A stretch of DNA of 64,000 bases from an uncultured Planctomycetaceae bacterium (GCA_963785305.1 CAWAUV010000008.1:608001-672000); one strand, 5' to 3'; shown: positions 34,471 through 48,389, numbered from the stretch's first letter. Made by a program: numbers and translations. Notes: generated by a model not told the origin, from the sequence alone.

Positions 34471-35957
34471 AGCGAGCCGAGTAACTGAACCGCGCCCAGG
34501 CCGGCGCCGGTTAACTGGCGTTTGAGTTTCTCCCACTGCTCGGCGCTCCGTGTCTCGGCCAGCACTCGCAGCGCCTTGGCCCGATCGCCCTCGGGCAAGG
34601 TTCGCACGATCAGCGGCCAGAGCGATTCGTCGACATTGTAGATTGACTCGGGCCGCAGGCACACCGGCACGATCCGCTCGGCCGCGACTTGCAAATCTCC
34701 GGCCACGGCCTCGATGGCCTCGCGCAGGTTGCGCTCCTTGGTCGACTGGCCCTGGGCAATGTCGTAGGGCGGGCGCCATTCCTGGATCGGGCGCACGGTG
34801 TCCATGTGCGACAGCGCGACCACGATCGGCGGCGGGGCTCGCATGGTGAGCGACTCCATCTCGCGCCGGAATTCATCGAGCAAGCGGCGATCGGCCTCGC
34901 GCACCGCGCCCGCGCCGAAACCACCGCGATCACGAGGTCGCACCGTTCGAGCTCCCGGTCGAGCTTGGCGCGGGCAGCGCTATCGTCGACGCCCGCGAAC
35001 CCGATCGTGTCGAACACCATTGCCTTCAAGTCGCCGTCGCGTTCGAGTCGATAGGCGGTGATCGCGCTCGTGGCGGGCAGCACATCGGTGGCGGCGCGCA
35101 TTTGCCCGAACATGGCGTTGATGAGGCTCGACTTGCCGGCCTTGGTTTGCCCGAGCACGAGCACTTGCAGCGGCTTGTCGGCGCCCAAGTGTTCGAGAGC
35201 CGGCTCGGCCAGCGAAAACTGGCCGCTATAGAGATCGATTGCGTAGCGGCCGGTTTGCTCGACCACGAATCGCGTCGCGCAGCGCGTCAGTTCGTCGGCC
35301 AGATTTTTGCCGGCAAAGCCGAAAAACTTCAACCGCGCTTCATTGAGGATTGCCGCCGAGGGATTTATGAAGGGCCGCCCGACGCGATAGGCCCAATACG
35401 CCGCGTTGATCGCTTGGTTGGCTAGCGGGCCCAACTTGCAAGTTCGGTCGGCGTCGGCGATCGTGACGCGATCGGCCAGCGGCACGAGGTCTTGGATTTG
35501 TTCCCGGCAGTCGCGCAACCCGCTCGACGACTTGCAGCACGCCGGTAATCGGCGCTTCGAGGGCCGGGCGCTTTGAGTCGGGATGAAATCGCCGAGCGAC
35601 GACTTCAAATGCTTCGATGAACGCCGCGAGCCAAGCGTCGCGATCGTCGAGCGCGGGCGGCGCGGTTTCCCGTCGATCGGCCAGGGTTTGCACGTCTTTC
35701 CAGGCTTCGATTCCCGCGGGCGGCCAACGATCGCTGGGCGGACGGGCGTCGAAGGACTTGCGCGGTCGGCGGGCGTCGAGCGTCTTGATCGCCACCCAGC
35801 CAGCGAGGGCGACCGCCGCGTCGATCGCCACGAACAGGAGCAGCCAATGCCGCTCGTAGAGCCAGAGGCAGCCGAGCGCGATCAAGAGCGCGGCGGGCGC
35901 CGCGAACACGACCATTCGCAGCACTAGGCGAAGATTCAAGAGCTGCAACCACTTCAT
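34362..35957 (-). CDS. Membrane-anchored TRAFAC GTPase (YcjF/MMR_HSR1-like); two frameshifts
   Basis: Two N-terminal TM helices; G1 LGQTKAGKSS, G3 DTIG; joins ORFs 35340..35957, 34610..35608 and 34362..34943. Confidence 0.75.
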
Positions 35958-35991
35958 CCTGGGGGTTCCTCGCCGGCAAAGGGCGTTCGCA

Positions 35992-37188
35992 TCATGCGCC
36001 CGACGACGCGGCGCGGTGTTTCATGTATTCGGCCATTCGCTTGCGACCATCTTCCACCTCTTGGCTAAAGCATTTTCGGAGGCTTTCGGCGGTGGGGGCG
36101 ATGCCTTGCCGGACTTGCGCGAAGTACCAGCAGAGCGTGCAGCCGAGCGCGTAGGTGTTGGCGGCCGTGGCGAGCGCGGCGGCGGCGGTTCCCACGACCG
36201 GGATCAGGGCCATTAACTGTCGACCCGCCATGTCGACGACGAATTTCGTGCCCAGCGCACCGCCCAGTTCGCCCATGATGCGGCCGGTGAGCGGTTGTTG
36301 ATAGATCGAGGCGATCGCGTGAAACATCTTGGCGTCGATCGCCGCGATCAGGGGAATGCCCACGGCCGGCAATGCTCCCGCGGCGCCGGCCGCCACCGAC
36401 GAGGCAACAATATGCGGCCACGCTTTGCGATAAAACATTTGCGCCAACTCATCGCGGAGGCCGGGTTGCTGACCCAGTAGATTCCGCAAGCCGACAGGCA
36501 GTTCGGCGTCGATCGCGTTCCAGAGTTGCTCGAGCCCGAAGAATTCCGGCGAATAACCGTCTTCGGGCAACGTGAAATCGACCGGCACGAACCGCGTGGC
36601 CACATGGGCGAGGTCGTGCCGCTGACGCTCGAGGCTGCGAACCAAGTCGAGCGGCGCCGCGGAGCTGTCCGGCTTGCCGAACGGATAGGGCAGCAAATGG
36701 CCGACGCCGGGCGGATAACCGTCGTGCAGCGATGTTTGCACCACAATCACCGGCATGTCGGGCATTGCCTTGCGCACCGCGCGGGCCGCGTCGGTCACGG
36801 CGGCCAGCGCCTGATCCATTGCCCTCACGACGACCAGCAGCAGATGCGATTGCCCCTGGCAGTAGGCGATGTCTTCGGCCGGGTCGTAGTTGGCTTCGCC
36901 CAAGCCGCGAGTGTCGAGGAAACGGATGAGGCAATCGGATTCATCGGGAAACGCATAAAGCCTCGCGGTGCGAGTGCAGGGGCGAAAGCCGTTGCCGATT
37001 TCGGTGAGCGTGCTGCCGGTGATGGCCCGCACGATCGACGACTTGCCCGACTGGGTTTTGCCAAGCAGCCACACTACCGGCCGCGGCAGCGAAGCCCGCG
37101 CCCGGCGCAGCCGCTCTTCGACCTCGGCGGAATCGACGCGGGGCGAAATCACATGCTCGGTGATTAACGACCAGAAATGGGAAACCAT
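35992..37188 (-). CDS. GTPase with DUF697/YcjF-like C-terminal hydrophobic domain
   Basis: G1 LGKTQSGKSS, G3 DTRG, C-terminal Gly/Ala-rich helices. Confidence 0.8.
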   Translation of the reverse strand: MVSHFWSLITEHVISPRVDSAEVEERLRRARASLPRPVVWLLGKTQSGKSSIVRAITGSTLTEIGNGFRPCTRTARLYAFPDESDCLIRFLDTRGLGEANYDPAEDIAYCQGQSHLLLVVVRAMDQALAAVTDAARAVRKAMPDMPVIVVQTSLHDGYPPGVGHLLPYPFGKPDSSAAPLDLVRSLERQRHDLAHVATRFVPVDFTLPEDGYSPEFFGLEQLWNAIDAELPVGLRNLLGQQPGLRDELAQMFYRKAWPHIVASSVAAGAAGALPAVGIPLIAAIDAKMFHAIASIYQQPLTGRIMGELGGALGTKFVVDMAGRQLMALIPVVGTAAAALATAANTYALGCTLCWYFAQVRQGIAPTAESLRKCFSQEVEDGRKRMAEYMKHRAASSGA

Positions 37189-37305
37189 CAACGAGGTCTT
37201 GGTGATTTTCGAGGAAATCCACGGAAGCTCTTGGTAGTTATAGCAACTCGGCAACGGAAGAGCCGTCGCATTCCCGCTGATCTCGGAAAATTTTTTATGC
37301 GGCTA

Positions 37306-37333
37306 TTGACCTGAATCCGATGATATCTATAAT
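37306..37333 (+). promoter_or_regulatory. sigma70-type promoter upstream of the DUF1559 island
   Basis: TTGACC-16 bp-TATAAT in an AT-rich stretch. Confidence 0.65.
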
Positions 37334-37837
37334 CATGCGAATCTTGATCGGATTACTCGTCATTAAACGATCGAGTGCTCGCCGGAGGGCGAGGCATTAT
37401 TTACAAGTTCGGACGACGCTAACTGGGAAAACCGGAGGCGCGTGACCTGTTGCTCAGGAATCACGACATGCCAATTAGCATTCTTTCTGTCCGCTCTCGG
37501 GCGCGTCAGTCGGACCGTCTCGGCAAGGATCTGCCGAAGCCGCTGACTGCCCCGGGCGCCTCGCCAACCGTGTTCGGTTGGCAAGTTCATCGACTTGACG
37601 CCGCATGCGACGCCAGCTTCGGGCTGGCGCCTGGCGGCGCGTGTTGTCGCGTGAACTAACGGCGGAATCTTTCGGTCGCCGCGTTGTTCGGCCCGTGCTC
37701 GCTCACGAGCGCGGTCGCTGAGGCCGGCCACCGTGTAGCCACTCGAGCTATCGAGAGCTCTTCTCTCTTACTTGCGCCGGACTGGACTTCCAGAAGCGCG
37801 TCTGCCTCAATCCGCCGCTGATGCGCGCCAACCGAAC

Positions 37838-38871
37838 ATGAACCATTACCAAATTGCGGCCAACAGCCGCGCGCAAGGAACGGATTCACATTGGTCGAAC
37901 TGTTGGTGGTGATCGCCATCATCGGCGTTTTGACCTCGATTTTACTGCCTGCCGCGCAGGCCGCGCGAGAAGCGGCCCGGCGTGGCGGATGCTCCAACAA
38001 CCTCAAGCAAATTGGCTTGGCGACGCTGAACTTCGTCGACGCCAAAAAGACGTTTCCCATGGGGCGACAGCAACCCAATACCTATAGCCAGCATGTGCTG
38101 ATCCTGCCGTATCTCGAGGAGTCCGACATCTCCAAGCTAATCAACACCTCGATCGGAACCGGCGGCAGCCCTCCGCGGCTGTACACGATCGCCGAGTTCT
38201 TGTGCCCTTCCGAAATCGGGGATCGCATGCTCGATGGCTCGGTATCGGACAATCAGGTCGGTTGGGGAAGGAACAACTACCGCGCGAATGCGGGAAGCGA
38301 TGTCGGAATCACCACCAACAGCGGCGCGACCAACGCGTGCGAGCGGAACAACGGCATCTTCCTTACCAACACCACGGTCTCGCTTAAGCAGGTGACCGAT
38401 GGGACGTCGAAGACGTCGCTGTTTAGCGAACGCGCCCTCGGCGACAGCAACGACAATTCCGTCGAGTTGGTTAGCGATTACTTTGGAGTCAAGAACAACG
38501 CCAGCACCTCGACCGTGGCGGGATTGCAGCAAAAGTGTGGCGCTCTCAGTCCATCGACGATGGTGGGAGGCGATCAATATTCCTACTCCGGGCGCGACTG
38601 GATCAACGGCAATTATTGCACGTCGCGCTACACGCATGTTCTGGGGCCCAACACGCCTGCCTGCGTGCGGGTGGCCAGCCCGAACTCGATGGGAGCCGGG
38701 TTCAACGACTACGGTGGCGCGATCACGGCCACTAGTCGTCATCCCGGCGGCGTGAACTTCGTGCTTTGCGACGGCAGCGTGCAGTTCGCGACCGAGGATA
38801 TTTCCTTGCTCGTGTGGCAAGGGCTCGGCTCGCGCGCGGGCTCCGAACTAATTCCAGCGGACGCGTTTTGA
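37838..38871 (+). CDS. DUF1559 prepilin-type protein (H-X9-DG); 5' end probably frameshifted
   Basis: [50 protein letters not shown]. Confidence 0.92.
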
Positions 38872-38940
38872 CGGCTTCGTGAAATCAAGCCGGTGTTTCG
38901 CGAGAGCCGCAATACTCATATTTTTCAGCGAGAAACATTG

Positions 38941-41900
38941 ATGCGAACTAGATTTATACCCTTGCGATTGTCGCGACGAACCCGCGCTACTTTAGCTCGA
39001 TCGGCCAATACGGCGGTCGCGCTCGCAATGCTACTTGCCGCTCGAAGTTCCCTCGCGCAAACCGACATCACTTGGTCGGGCGCCGCGAACACAACCTTCG
39101 CCACCGCGGGAAACTGGGTGGGTGGCGTCGCCCCAGCAAATGATTTGATCACCAACATCGGTCTTTTCAGCGGAACGGTCGCGACCAATCCGCCCGTGGT
39201 AACCGCGAATCGCGGCATCGGCGGATTGCAATTCAACACGCCAGCGGGCGGTTGGACGCTCGGCTCCGGGGGAATTCTCACCCTTGGCTCAAGCGGGATC
39301 AGCACCGACGGTCAAACGAGCGGAACCGACACGATTGCCGCGAAGTTGGCATTCCCGGCGTCGGCGCAAAACACTTCGATCATCGCCGGCTCCGGGGGCA
39401 CGTTGTCTCTGAATGGCGTCATTTCGGGAGGCGCTGGGGGAACTGTCACGATCGGCGGCAGCTCCGATCAGGGGATCGTGATATTCGACGCCGTGAACAC
39501 GTACACCGCGAGCACCACCCTTGCCTACGGCACGGTCGATCTGATGAGCACCCAGCCCTTCGGCGCCGCGAACAGCGCCGTCGCCATCAATGACGGCGTG
39601 ACGATCGAAAACACGAGCTCAGGCAACAAGGCCTTGGTGGCCTACGCCACGACCGTGAACGGCAGCTTTACCTATGCCGAAACCGATAATTTCAACGTCA
39701 ATTTCAACGGTGGCACGATTGCGTTGAATGCGAGTCCCACGATCACGGTCAGCGGGGCCGATACCCTTACCGGCAATCTGATTCTCACCGGAGTCGTCAG
39801 CGACGGCGCGAATGGCCCCGCGAGCATCGCCGCGAATGTATCGGACACCGGCGCGATCCTACAACTAAACGGCCTCAATACTTTTAGTGGAGGGCTGAAC
39901 CTGAACGCGGGCAAGGTCGAAACCAGCGCCGCGGGCACGCAGACTTCCGGCGGGTTTGGAACCGGCACGGTCACCCTGAACGGCGGCGCCGTCTCCACGA
40001 CGCTGCTTCTCAACGGCGCTAATGCGACGATTTACAATCCCATTACCGTCAACACCTCGACGGCGGACCAGTTGCTCGAAGGCAATAACAACCAAACATT
40101 CAACAGCAACATTCTGCTCAATGGCGCGGTATACGTGCAGGAAAACACGAACGCGGACACATTGACTTTCGCCGGCAATATCAACGGCAATGGCAAGATT
40201 ATTCTTACGACGGGTAACGCCCTCAGGTTCATCTCCTTGAACGGGTCCAATAGCTACACCGGCGGCACGACCGTGAACGGCGGCACGTTGATCGCCGGCA
40301 GCACGACGGCCTTCGGCGCGCCGACCGGCGCCTCGCTGAGCTTCACCGCCGCCGACACGGGCACGGTGCAACTCAACGGCAACTCGACGACCATCGTCGG
40401 CTTGACCGCCGGCGCCGGCGCTGGCACGAACACCGTCGAGAACGCGAGCGCCACGACTCCGGCCACCTTGAACGTCAATGTGCCGGTCTCGTCGTCTTTC
40501 GCGGGCGTGTTGGCCGACGGCGGAGCGCAGCCGCTCTCTCTTACACTCGGCGGCGCCGGCGCGCTGACGCTCGCCGGCGCGAATACGTACACCGGCGCCA
40601 CAAGCGTCAACACGGGCGCCTTGGCACTGGCCGCGGGCGGATCGCTGGGCGGAACGGCCGTGACGGTGGCCAGCGGCGCGACGCTGCAAATCGCCGGCGC
40701 CACGAGCGGCGCGAGCAGTTACACGATCGGAACCGGCTCATCGGGCAGCGTGACGCTCGATGGCACGCTCAAATTCGTCGACTCGAACTCCATCGCGACG
40801 ACGCTCAACGTAAACTCCGGCGCGAGCAACACCGGCCTGACGCTCGGCAGCGGCACGCTTGATTTCAACGCCCCAACCTCGGGAGCGGTCGATACGATCG
40901 CCGACCAAGGCCAGCTTAGTCTGGCGGGCGCCACGACGATCAACCTGGCGGGCGCCACGCTTTCGCCCGGAACATACCCGCTGATTACATTTCCCGGGGG
41001 CCTCGCGCCAAGCTCCAGTGGGGCGTTTCAATTCAGCAATGGCTCGACTGTTGAAACGATCGTCAACGGCCCGGTCACGACGACATACACACTCACGCCC
41101 AACGGCACGAACACGGCGGAAAACTTGGTCGTCACCGCGAACGCCGCGTTTCCCGCCGCCGCGTATTGGGGCGGCGCAAGGGGATGGCTCTTGGAGCACG
41201 CTCACGGGGGCAAATGCAACGAACTGGCTGACCGCCGCCTCCGGTGGAACGGACACGGGCGCCCTTCCCGGCTCGACGACGGACGTGTACCTCACCGCCA
41301 ACAGCGCGACGCAAAACGCCAGCACGACGCTCGATGGCGGCTTCACCATCAACAGCCTGACGTTCACCGGCTCGGGCACGGCCAACTCGACTGGCTCGAC
41401 GGTCGCCCCCGGCGCCAATTCGGGCAATACGCTGACGATCACCGCCGCGGGATTCAACGCCGCCGCGGGCGGCCCCGCGATCGGAGTGGGCATCGTGTCG
41501 CAAAGTGGCGCGGGCCCCGACACGATCAGCGCCAACCTGGCGCTGGGCGGTCCGCAGAGCTGGAGCAACAACAGTTCCAGCCTGCTGACGGTCTCTGGCA
41601 ATGTGAATAATCGCGGCAATCTGCTCACGATCGCCGACACGGGGTCGGGCGGGACCACGATCAGCGGCATCATCTCCGGCGCGGGTGGCCTGACCGTGAA
41701 CAGTTCGGCCACCGTTTCGCTTTCCGCGGCGAACACGTTCAGCGGGCCGGTCACTTTGAGCAGCGGCACATTGCAAATGTCGGGCTCGGGCACGCTGGGC
41801 GCGATAGCGAACACCCTCGCGGCCAGCGGCGGAACACTCGACCTCGGCGCCACCAGCCAACAAACTGGCGCGGTGACGATCTCGGGCGGCGTGATTCAAG

Positions 41901-43846
41901 ACGGAACGCTCTCCGGCGCGTCGTACACGGCGAGCAACGCCGGCGCCGCCACGATTAGCGCGTTGCTGGCGGGCTCTGGCAAAATGACCGACAACGGCGC
42001 CGGCACGTTGACACTAACCAACAGCAATAATTCCTACTCGGGGGGAACCACGTTGGGCGCCGGATCGGGCATTCTGAATTTCGTCTCTGGCGCTCTGGGC
42101 CCCGGAACCAATCTCACCTTCCTGGGCGGAACACTGCAGTATGCCCCCGGCAATACCCAGGATGTCTCCGCGCTGATCGGGGCCGTGACCAAAAGCACGG
42201 GCGCAATCAGCATTGATGTCAACGGAAACACGGTCGTCTTCAACAACAAGATATCCTCGAACAACACTGGCGGCTTGATTGCCAATTCCTCTATTTCAGG
42301 CGGTTCGTTAACTCTCAATGGGGCCAACGCCTACACGGGCGTCACCACGATCGAAAACGTCACCGTCAACGTCAGTACTTACACCAGCATTTCCACTGCC
42401 GGCAGCTTGGGCGCTCCGACCACGAACGACAACGCGCGATTGTTCTTCGACGCCACGAACGGTGGCGTCGCCACGCTGAACTACACCGGCGTGGGCAACA
42501 CGGCGAATCGTCTGTTCACGGCGGAGAGCAACGCCACGATCAATAACATCGGCTCCGGCGCTTTGAACATCAACAACGCCGGCGCCCTGGGATTCACCGC
42601 CACGTCGCCCGTGACCCTGTCGTTCGGCGGTAGCTACATCGGAACGAACAGTTTTGCCCCGATCATTCTCGACAGCAGTTCCACGAACACGACGAGTCTC
42701 GTCGTCGATGGCAGCTCGTGGTTGTTCTCGGGCAATAACACATTCAGCGGCGGAGCGACGATCACCAGTGGCGGGGCGCTGGTGGGAGTAAGCAACGTGG
42801 GCTCGACGAGCGGCGCCCTGGGCACGGGACCGGTGACACTTGGAGGTCCGGCCAGCGGCGCGACCGCGAGCCTGCTGATCGATGGCGCCTTTACGTTCTC
42901 CAACCCGATCGACGTGGCCAGCAGCGTAACTGTCGGCACATTGTCCATCGGCGGGGCCACCGACAGCAACTCGACGTTCTCGGGCGCCATCACGCTCGAC
43001 AACAGCCTCGCGATCTCGCAAGTCGCGACGGCCAGCGGCAACACGCTGGCCCTAACCGGCGGTATCATTGGTGGTTCACACGGCCCCCAAAGCGTCGCTT
43101 TCGCCGGCCCCGGCATGATCACCGTCGGAAATGCGCCCATTGTCGATGATGGCGCGAATACAATAAGCGTGAACGTCACCGCCGGGGTGGCGAATTTCAG
43201 CATCGCGAATGCCTACAGTGGTGGCACGAGCGTGGCGGTCGGCGCGACGCTTGTCGCCTCGAATTCCAGCGGATCGGCCACCGGCGGTGGACCGGTTGTC
43301 GTCGATGGCACGCTCGCCGGAAATGGCGCGATCACCGGTTCGCTAAGCGTCGGCGGCGGACAGTTGGCGCCAAGCCTCGGAGGCGCGGGCGGCGCCTTGC
43401 CGGCGAACCTCACGCTCGGCTCGGTGAACCTCGCCGACGCCCAATCCTCCCTGAACTACCAGCTCGGCACGGCCAACGGCAGCGACTTGATCAGCGTCAA
43501 TGGTAACCTCAGCATCTTCGGGGGCACGCGGCTCAACATTTCATCTTCAAGCTTTGCCGCTCTTTCCGGCCCGACGGCTTACGAACTCTTTTCCTACACC
43601 GGCTCGCTGTATCAAACGGGCGACGGCGGCGGCCTCCAGATCGGCTCCGTTCCCACGGGATACAGCTACACGTTCGTATACAACACTCCCAACCAAGTGG
43701 ACTTGCTGGTATCCCTGGTCCCCGAGCCCGCGACCTGGGTAATGGCCTCGATGGCGGCGATCGGGCTGCTTGGAGCGCGATGTTGGTCGCGCATGCGGAA
43801 AGTGCGACGACTGACCACGGGAGAGGAGCGGAAAACCAATTCCTGA
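38941..43846 (+). CDS. Large surface protein with autotransporter-associated beta-strand repeats and PEP-CTERM; frameshift near 41180
   Basis: Multiple LxGxNTYTGxTxxxxGxL repeats; C-terminal VPEP, TM helix and basic tail. Confidence 0.88.
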
Positions 43847-44117
43847 ACCGGAAAAAAAATTCGCGGCCGGCGATACCTTCTGGAATCTGGCGGGTTTAAT
43901 CGACGGGCCGCGGGTCTATTCGAGGTCCACGATCGACGACTGGGCGGGAATTGCCGCATGAATGACTTTGGAAAATGGCGTGAGGCCCTCACCGTAATCG
44001 TTTGGTGAGCGCCGCGACTATCGGATGGCGAGGCTCGCGCGAGCCAGCCCTTTTAAACCACCAAGCCGTTGCTGACCGGGCGCCCCGGAAGCGACTTCTT
44101 CAAGAAACCGGCTCCCC

Positions 44118-46893
44118 ATGTTTTCGACCTACCTCCTCATATCGTTTTGGGGTCGCCGGCCCCGAAATTGGGTTTTCCCTCGCGTCGTCGTGGGCTCCGG
44201 TTGGACCCGCGTGTTTAGGGCGACATTGGCGATTGTCGTGATCGGTGAAATGGCGCAGCCTTGCCGGGCCGAGGAACAGGCCCAGCAGGATCCCGCCGCG
44301 CTCGAATTCTTCGAGAAACGAGTACGGCCGTTGCTGGCGGACAATTGTTACACTTGCCATTCGGCCAATACGAAGGCCGCTGGCGAGCTGCGGGTCGACG
44401 ATCGCAACGGTCTACTGCACGGCGGCGGTCGCGGTTCCGCGATTGTGATCGGAGATCCCGACAAGAGCTTGCTCGTGGAGGCCGTATCGCACACGCGCGG
44501 CGACCTGAAGATGCCGCCCAACAAGCAGCTCGCGCCGGAACAGATCGACACGCTGAAGCAATGGATCGCCAGCGGCGCCGTCTGGCCGCTGGAATCGCTG
44601 CCCGATGACGCTTCCAGTCGGCATGTGGACTACGATCAACTTCGGAGCGAACATTGGGCGTGGCGCCCATTCGGTTCGCCAACGCCGCCGCAATCGATCG
44701 ACGATGCCTGGAGCCGCTCGGACCTCGACCGTTTTCTGTGGAGTCGCCTGCGCGAGCACAACCTCACGCCGGCGCGACGCCGACAAAATCACGCTCATTC
44801 GTCGCGTGACATTCGACCTGACCGGACTGCCGCCAACTCCAAGCGAGATCGACGCCTTTGTCTCCGACGACTCGAGCGACCCGCTGGAAAAAGTGGTCGA
44901 CCGATTGCTCGCTTCTCCGGCCTTTGGCGAGCGATGGGGGCGCCACTGGCTCGATGTGGCCCGTTATGGCGAATCGACCGGCTCGTCTCGAAACGTGCCC
45001 TATCCCCAGGCTTGGCGCTACCGCGACTACGTGATCGCGGCCTTCAACGCGGACAAGCCGTTCGACGAATTCATCCACGAGCAGTTGGCCGGCGACTTGC
45101 TGCCCGCCCAGTCGACCGCCGATCACGAGGAAAACGTGATCGCCACGGGATTCCTGGCCTTGGGCGTCAAGGATGTCAATCAGCGTTTCAAAGTCCGCTT
45201 CGTCATGGACAATGTCGACGAGCAGATCGACACCGTGAGCCGATCGCTTCTCGCGCTCACCGTGAGCTGCGCCCGCTGCCACGATCACAAGTTCGACCCC
45301 GTGCCCACCGCCGACTATTACGCGCTCGCGGGCATCTTCACCAGCACCGACCTGTGCGCGGGAGTGCGGAACAAAATGGGCGGCGGCGGGCTGGATTATT
45401 ACGACACCGACAAGCTCATTTATCTGGGTGAAGGAAAGCCCGCGAACGACGCGGCGACAGATGAAAAAATCGAAAACCTGAAGCGCGACTTGAACGAGGC
45501 TCAAGCGGCCTTCAACGCCTTCAAGGGCAACCCCGAGGGAGATGTCAAGGGGCCGGACGGTCGCCCCAAGCGTGCCATCGCGAGGCAGCGAATGAATAAA
45601 CTGCGAAATGAGCTTTTTCAACTGACCGATCCCGCCGCGAGTGGAGCGGCGGTGGCGATCGGAGTCCGCGAGGCAAAACAGATCGCCGATACCGAGATCC
45701 GCATTCGTGGCGAAGCCGAAAAGCTGGGGCCGGTGTCGCCTCGCGGTTTCCTGTCGCTTCTCGCCTTTCCCGATCAGCCGCGCGTCGGCCCCGCGCAAAG
45801 TGGCCGCCTCGAATTGGCACAGTGGCTAACGCATCCGGCAAATCCACTGACGCCGCGCGTGATGGTCAACCGCATTTGGCAGCGGCTGTTCGGCGAGGGC
45901 CTGGTGCGGAGCGTCGATAATTTTGGATCCACGGGCGACGTGCCCTCGAATCCCGAGTTGCTGGATTACCTGGCCATTCATTTCCGTCAGGATGGCTGGA
46001 GCGTGAAACGACTGATTCGCTCCGTCGTGCTGAGCCACGCGTATCGCCTGGGTAGCGAGGCAAGCGGTGAGGCGATGAACGTCGATCCGGCCAATCGCCT
46101 GATCTGGCGGCACAGTCCGCGCTGGCTCGACGCCGAGGAGTTGCGCGACGCCGCGCTGGCGGCCGCCGGCGCCTTGGAATCGAAGCCGGCCGAAGCTTCG
46201 ATCGCGAAAAGCTTGAAGGTGGTCGAAATGAACAATATTGGCGCGGATGCCCGACGGGTCGGCGAGGCGGCGCGAGCGAGTCGCCATCGGAGCGTTTATC
46301 TGCCGCTGTTGCGTGGTCTCACGCCGACATCGCTCGAGGTGTTCGACTTCGCCGAGCAAGGCATGGTCACTGGCCGTCGCGAGCCGACCACGGTTGCTCC
46401 CCAGGCGCTTTACTTGCTCAACGACCCGTTCGTTCGCCGCCGGTCGTTGGAACTGGCCGAGCGAGTGCTTCGTGAGAACCTGTCCAACGACGTCGATCGC
46501 CTGCAGCTTGCGTATCGGTTGACCCTGGGACGGGATGGAACACCGAGCGAGATCGATCGCGCTCGAAACTACCTCGCCAGCTATGAGTCGGCCTGGGCGG
46601 AACGCTTGCCCGCGACCGGTTCGCCCGAACCGCAATCGGCGGAGACCAGTGGCGATTCAAATCTCGTGGCGGCGGCGAACGACGCTGGCGCGGCCAGCGC
46701 CGAGTCGAAGTCGGAAGCGAAGTCGGCGGAGCCCGAGAAGCCGGCGCCCCCGCCGGTGAACCCCGACCAAATCGTGGCGGTCGCGGCGCCGGTCAAAGAA
46801 GAGGTGATTGCCGCGCCAGATGCCAAGACCGCCGCTTGGGCCAGTTTTTGCCAGGCCTTATTTGGCTCGGCGGAATTTCGCTGTGCCCGCTGA
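44118..46893 (+). CDS. Planctomycete cytochrome c (PSCyt1)/DUF1549/DUF1553 protein; frameshift near 44775
   Basis: FFEKRVRPLLADNCYTCH, WGRHWLDVARY, CARCHDHKFDP, RVMVNRIWQ. Confidence 0.92.
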
Positions 46894-46978
46894 TATTGCC
46901 AGGGCGTGGCCACGGTTTGTCGCGCCGCCATGTTAAGTTCGATCTACATTCCTATCTTGCTTCGAAAGGCGAAAGCAA

Positions 46979-48389
46979 ATGACCGCGCCATTCGGCCCCC
47001 AACGATTTCCCGCGCAGTTTCCCGCCGCGACGCGCTCAAGAGCGCCAGCGCCGGCTTCGGCTTCCTGGCGCTCGCCAGCATGCTCGGCGACACGACGCCC
47101 AGATTGAAAGCCGCGACCCCGGACGCCCAGCCGGCCCATGCGAAACCGGGCCCGCTCGCGCCAAGGCGCCCCATTTTCCGGCCAAGGCCAAGCGAATCAT
47201 CTTCTTGTTCATGCAGGGCTCCTTGTCTCAGATGGATACCTGGGAATACAAGGAGGCATTGCAAAAGAGCGATGGCAAGTTCGGCCCGGGGGGAGGCGTG
47301 CTCACCGCGTCGAAGTTCAAATTCAACCAATATGGCGAGACGGGAACCTGGGTCTCGGAGTTATTTCCCCACACGGCCCAGCATGTCGATAAACTATGCT
47401 TCCTCCGCGGTTTGCACACCGACACGCCCGCACATCCCCAGGCGGTCATTCAGTTGCACACCGGCACGGCTCTCGCCTCGCTCACGCGTCCTTCGATGGG
47501 CGCGTGGCTCATGTATGGTCTCGGCACGGAGAACCAAGACCTGCCGGGCTACATCACGATCAACCCGGTTCCCAACTTCGGCGGCGCGGTGAACTATGGC
47601 AGCGCCTTCTTGCCGGCTCATTTTCAAGGCACGCGGATCAACGACATGGGGTATGTGCCCAATCTCAAGGCGCAAACGCCCACCGATTTGCAGCGACGTC
47701 AAATCGACCTCGTGCAAACGATGAATCGCGAGTTCGCCGCCGCCCCCGGCGCGCCGGAGCAACTCGATGGCGTGATTCAGTCGTATGAACTGGCCTTCAC
47801 CATGCAAGGCAAGGTGCCGGAGTTGCTCGATATTTCCAGGGAACCGCAAGCCGTGCGCGACGCGTATGGCGTGAAGCCCGGCGCGGCCGGCAGCTTTGCT
47901 CGCCAGTGCCTGATGGCCCGGCGGTTGAGCGAGGCGGGGGTTCGGTTTGTCGAAGTCTGCCATCCGGGCTGGGATCAACATAACAATTTGCATAAAGGGC
48001 TGATCAACAATTCGCTGGCGACCGATCAGCCAACCGCGGCTTTGCTCGCCGACCTGGAACAGCGCGGGTTGCTCGAAGACACGCTCGTGCTCTTCGGCAG
48101 CGAATTTGGAAGGCTGCCAACCGCCCAGGGACCCGATGGTCGCGACCACAACATCACGGGCTATCCCATGTGGCTCGCGGGAGCTGGAGTGAAAAAGGGC
48201 TTTTCCCACGGCGCGACGGACGAATATGGCCTGCACGCCGTGGAGGGCAGGATGCATACCACCGATCTGCACGCCACGCTGTTGGCCCTGATGGGGCTCG
48301 ACCACGAGCGGCTCACCTATCGCTACGCGGGCCGCGACTTCCGCCTGACGGATGTCGCCGGCACGGTCGTGCGTGATATTTTCGCGTGA
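46979..48389 (+). CDS. DUF1501 protein with Tat signal; frameshifts at the 5' end
   Basis: SRRDALK, AKRIIFLFMQG, GWDQH, SEFGRLP, GRDH. Confidence 0.9.

Noticed and set aside
37415..37560. Fragments resembling cobalamin or c-di-GMP riboswitch motifs (actgggaaaaccgg, actgcccc)
   Set aside because: Motif order and pairing do not match either family by eye; a covariance search is needed.
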